NCBI GenBank assembly: GCA_018399915.1
Contig: JAGYNW010000001.1
Span: 1 to 28,039, forward strand
Direction of reading: 5' to 3'
DNA from: Candidatus Omnitrophota bacterium
GTDB lineage: Bacteria; Omnitrophota; Gorgyraeia; Zapsychrales; Zapsychraceae
DNA length: 28,039 bases
Below are positions 26,308 through 28,039 of this stretch, piece by piece. The notes below the pieces were generated by a model. The model was not told the DNA's origin and searched no databases. It saw only the letters and a list, made by a program, of their open reading frames with translations. Each line of letters starts with the position of its first letter. Within the stretch, counting starts at the first letter, position 1. The position numbers were made by a program, and so were the translations under genes.

Positions 26308-26778
26308 TTATTTAATATCTACAGTTATTTGTTTTGGCTTGGCTTCCTCTTTTTTGGGAAGGGTCAAACTCAAAACACCATCTTCATATTTTGCATTAAC
26401 CTTATCGGCTTCAATGGCACTCGGCAATTGTACTGAACGGTAAAAGCTGCCATAGAACCGCTCAGTCTTATAAAAGTTTTCCTCTTTTACTTCCTGATCT
26501 TGTTTCTTTTCTCCCTGGATAACCAGTTGGTCATCCTGAATCGAAACATGGATCTCATCTTTACTTAAACCCGGAATTTCGGCTTTAACCAGGAGATTAT
26601 CTTTGGAATCATAAACATCTATAGCCGGCGACCAATTCCCGGCCAAAAGGCTGGTATCCTGACCGGATTTACCGCTATAGCTGAGATCAAAGAGCCTGTT
26701 CATCTCCCGTTGCAAGGCCTCCAATTCACTGAACGGATCAACGGACCAATTCTTTTTTCCATAAGGTATAAGTGTCAT
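26308..26778 (-). CDS. Hsp20/alpha-crystallin small heat shock protein
   Basis: DPFSELEALQREMNRLFD, WSPAIDVY, AEIPGL, ERFYGSFYRSVQLP, AKYEDGVLSLTLPK. Confidence 0.95.
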   Translation of the reverse strand: MTLIPYGKKNWSVDPFSELEALQREMNRLFDLSYSGKSGQDTSLLAGNWSPAIDVYDSKDNLLVKAEIPGLSKDEIHVSIQDDQLVIQGEKKQDQEVKEENFYKTERFYGSFYRSVQLPSAIEADKVNAKYEDGVLSLTLPKKEEAKPKQITVDIK

Positions 26779-26824
26779 CTTTCTCCCTCCTTTTTTGTAT
26801 TTTTCATTTTTTTAGAGATTTTTA

Positions 26825-26908
26825 TTATTTGTTAAAGATGCCAATATTTTTGACCCACCTGACAAATTTTATTTGAATTTCACGCAACACATCTTTATGA
26901 TTTTTCAT
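26825..26908 (-). CDS. Putative 27-aa small protein (absent from the ORF track)
   Basis: AGGAGGTG Shine-Dalgarno 5 nt before ATG. Translation MKNHKDVLREIQIKFVRWVKNIGIFNK then TAA. Lies between CIRCE and hsp20. Confidence 0.55.
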   Translation of the reverse strand: MKNHKDVLREIQIKFVRWVKNIGIFNK

Positions 26909-26928
26909 ATCAGCACCTCCTCTCTTTA

Positions 26929-26955
26929 CTGGCACTCTCGACTTGTGAGTGCCAA
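26929..26955 (-). promoter_or_regulatory. CIRCE element (HrcA operator)
   Basis: Minus strand TTGGCACTC-N9-GAGTGCCAG versus consensus TTAGCACTC-N9-GAGTGCTAA, directly upstream of hsp20-hsp20-clpB. Confidence 0.9.
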
Positions 26956-26981
26956 TTTTTTTGTAAAAAAATTTTTAGGGT

Positions 26982-27275
26982 TTAACCTTTTTCCTTTTCC
27001 ATCCTCAGAATTACCTTTAACCCGGGAATCTTCACTTTATGGACCTTAATATAAAACCAGCAACGATGCAATTTTTGTATTTCTTTTTGCGAATAAAGTC
27101 TTGCCTGTGATTCATTTTCTCTGGGTGGACACACAATACCTTCCGCATCAAGCTGCTTCAAGATCCATACCGGAATATCGAGGATCTTGCATACGACCCC
27201 TGTTGTAAATACCGGCATATTCGGATCAAGTGTAAATTCTTCCATTTCCTCTTTCGTTCTTTTCATGCGTCCCAT
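26982..27275 (-). CDS. MerR-family HTH regulator, HspR-like
   Basis: PVFTTGVVCKILDIPVWILKQLDAEGIVCPPR...ARLYSQKEI..L...KIPGLKVILRM, a short MerR wHTH. Start placed at ATG 27275 (GGGAG RBS, promoter just upstream). Confidence 0.8.
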   Translation of the reverse strand: MGRMKRTKEEMEEFTLDPNMPVFTTGVVCKILDIPVWILKQLDAEGIVCPPRENESQARLYSQKEIQKLHRCWFYIKVHKVKIPGLKVILRMEKEKG

Positions 27276-27299
27276 CGTTCTTCTCCCATATCCAAAGAA

Positions 27300-27328
27300 A
27301 GTATATCGCAAAGCACGAAAAATGTCAA
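27300..27328 (-). promoter_or_regulatory. Near-consensus sigma70 promoter for the merR/hspR-like gene
   Basis: Minus strand TTGACA-N17-TATACT ending 25 nt before ATG 27275. Confidence 0.8.
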
Positions 27329-27499
27329 TACTTTTCATAATATTTTTTTCGATTTTCAAAATAATTTTATTGATTATGACAGTCCATCCAGACTGTATAC
27401 CTGGCGGACATAGGCCGCAATCACAGATAAGCCTGAAAGATTCTTTCTTCAAAAAAGATATTTCTATTTCTACTGATGGGACAGGAATATTTTGAAAAA

Positions 27500-28009
27500 T
27501 CAATCCTGTTTCTTGTGTCTGGAGGATAGCAGATAATTGATCATCGTTTCATCCATCTTATGAAGACGACGGGCTGTTTCACGGGCAATATTGAGAATCA
27601 AAAGCCCAAATAATTCTTTATCTGTCTCAAAAAGTGAAAAAAGCGCGGCTTTTTCCAAAACAATGAGTTCCGTCGACTTGATCGTAACCGCACAGACGCT
27701 GTGTGACTGGATGCCGATAACCGAGGTCTCCCCCAGACAATCTCCGGCAAAAAAATCCATTAATTCCAGGGAAATATCGGGCCGGTCAACAACAATCTTT
27801 ACCTCTCCGGACTTGATGATATAAATGGAACTCGGCTCATCACCCTGCCGAAAAATGAACTCCCCTTCATTATAAGAAACTTTCTTCAAAAGTTTAAAAA
27901 TCTCTTTCAGCTGAGCATCTGTGAAACCGCCGAAAATCGCAATCTTGCTTACTATCGGCAACAACTCCTCAAAATGTTCAATGGGCTTACATTTTTTTGA
28001 TGACGGCAT
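27500..28009 (-). CDS. Stand-alone cyclic nucleotide-binding domain protein
   Basis: IAIFGGF...YNEGEFIFRQGDEPSSIYIIKSGEVKI...GDCLGE...AVT...ELIVL, with no HTH after the C-helix. Start placed at ATG 28009; the ORF track uses TTG 28033. Confidence 0.88.
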   Translation of the reverse strand: MPSSKKCKPIEHFEELLPIVSKIAIFGGFTDAQLKEIFKLLKKVSYNEGEFIFRQGDEPSSIYIIKSGEVKIVVDRPDISLELMDFFAGDCLGETSVIGIQSHSVCAVTIKSTELIVLEKAALFSLFETDKELFGLLILNIARETARRLHKMDETMINYLLSSRHKKQD

Positions 28010-28039
28010 ACAAATACCTAGGCGTGAATCCAATTAAAT

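Noticed and set aside
27276-27503. 76-aa N-terminal extension of the MerR ORF
   Set aside because: A TTGACA-17-TATACT promoter and an RBS lie inside this stretch, pointing to ATG 27275 as the start.
1-28039. CRISPR array, rRNA, intact tRNA, intact IS/integrase or prophage; selenocysteine read-through
   Set aside because: No regularly spaced direct repeats, no complete cloverleaf, no transposase/integrase ORF and no in-frame TGA splitting a recognisable protein were seen by eye.

Overview
Bacterial chromosomal window from a diderm organism (TolC with signal peptide). The gene style (PilV/W/X-like prepilins, HD-GYP, GTP-type PEPCK, TIGR04076/DsrE proteins) suggests an anaerobe, possibly Omnitrophota/PVC, but that is inference only. 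From left to right: (1) a minus-strand PadR-led cluster of TolC, RND permease, small ABC-type ATPase, SAM methyltransferase and DsrE, followed by a GmhB-like HAD phosphatase and a partial TIGR04076-like gene, with no membrane-fusion protein gene; (2) infA and ablAB (N-epsilon-acetyl-beta-lysine osmolyte synthesis); (3) a helical/HEAT-like protein and an HD-GYP protein that appear to share an N-terminal domain, then a B12-binding radical SAM gene whose CxxxCxxC motif reads CxxxFxxC; (4) GTP-dependent PEPCK; (5) a three-gene minor pilin operon whose leader holds a sigma70 promoter, a c-di-GMP-I (GEMM) riboswitch and an intrinsic terminator; (6) a MORN-repeat protein and a REC-PAS-PAS-GGDEF-EAL enzyme; (7) a heat-shock cluster with an HspR-like MerR gene, a CIRCE box, an unannotated 27-aa ORF, two Hsp20 genes and clpB; (8) a stand-alone cNMP-binding protein. 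No CRISPR array, rRNA, intact tRNA or intact mobile element was seen. All motif calls were made by eye, without database searches.
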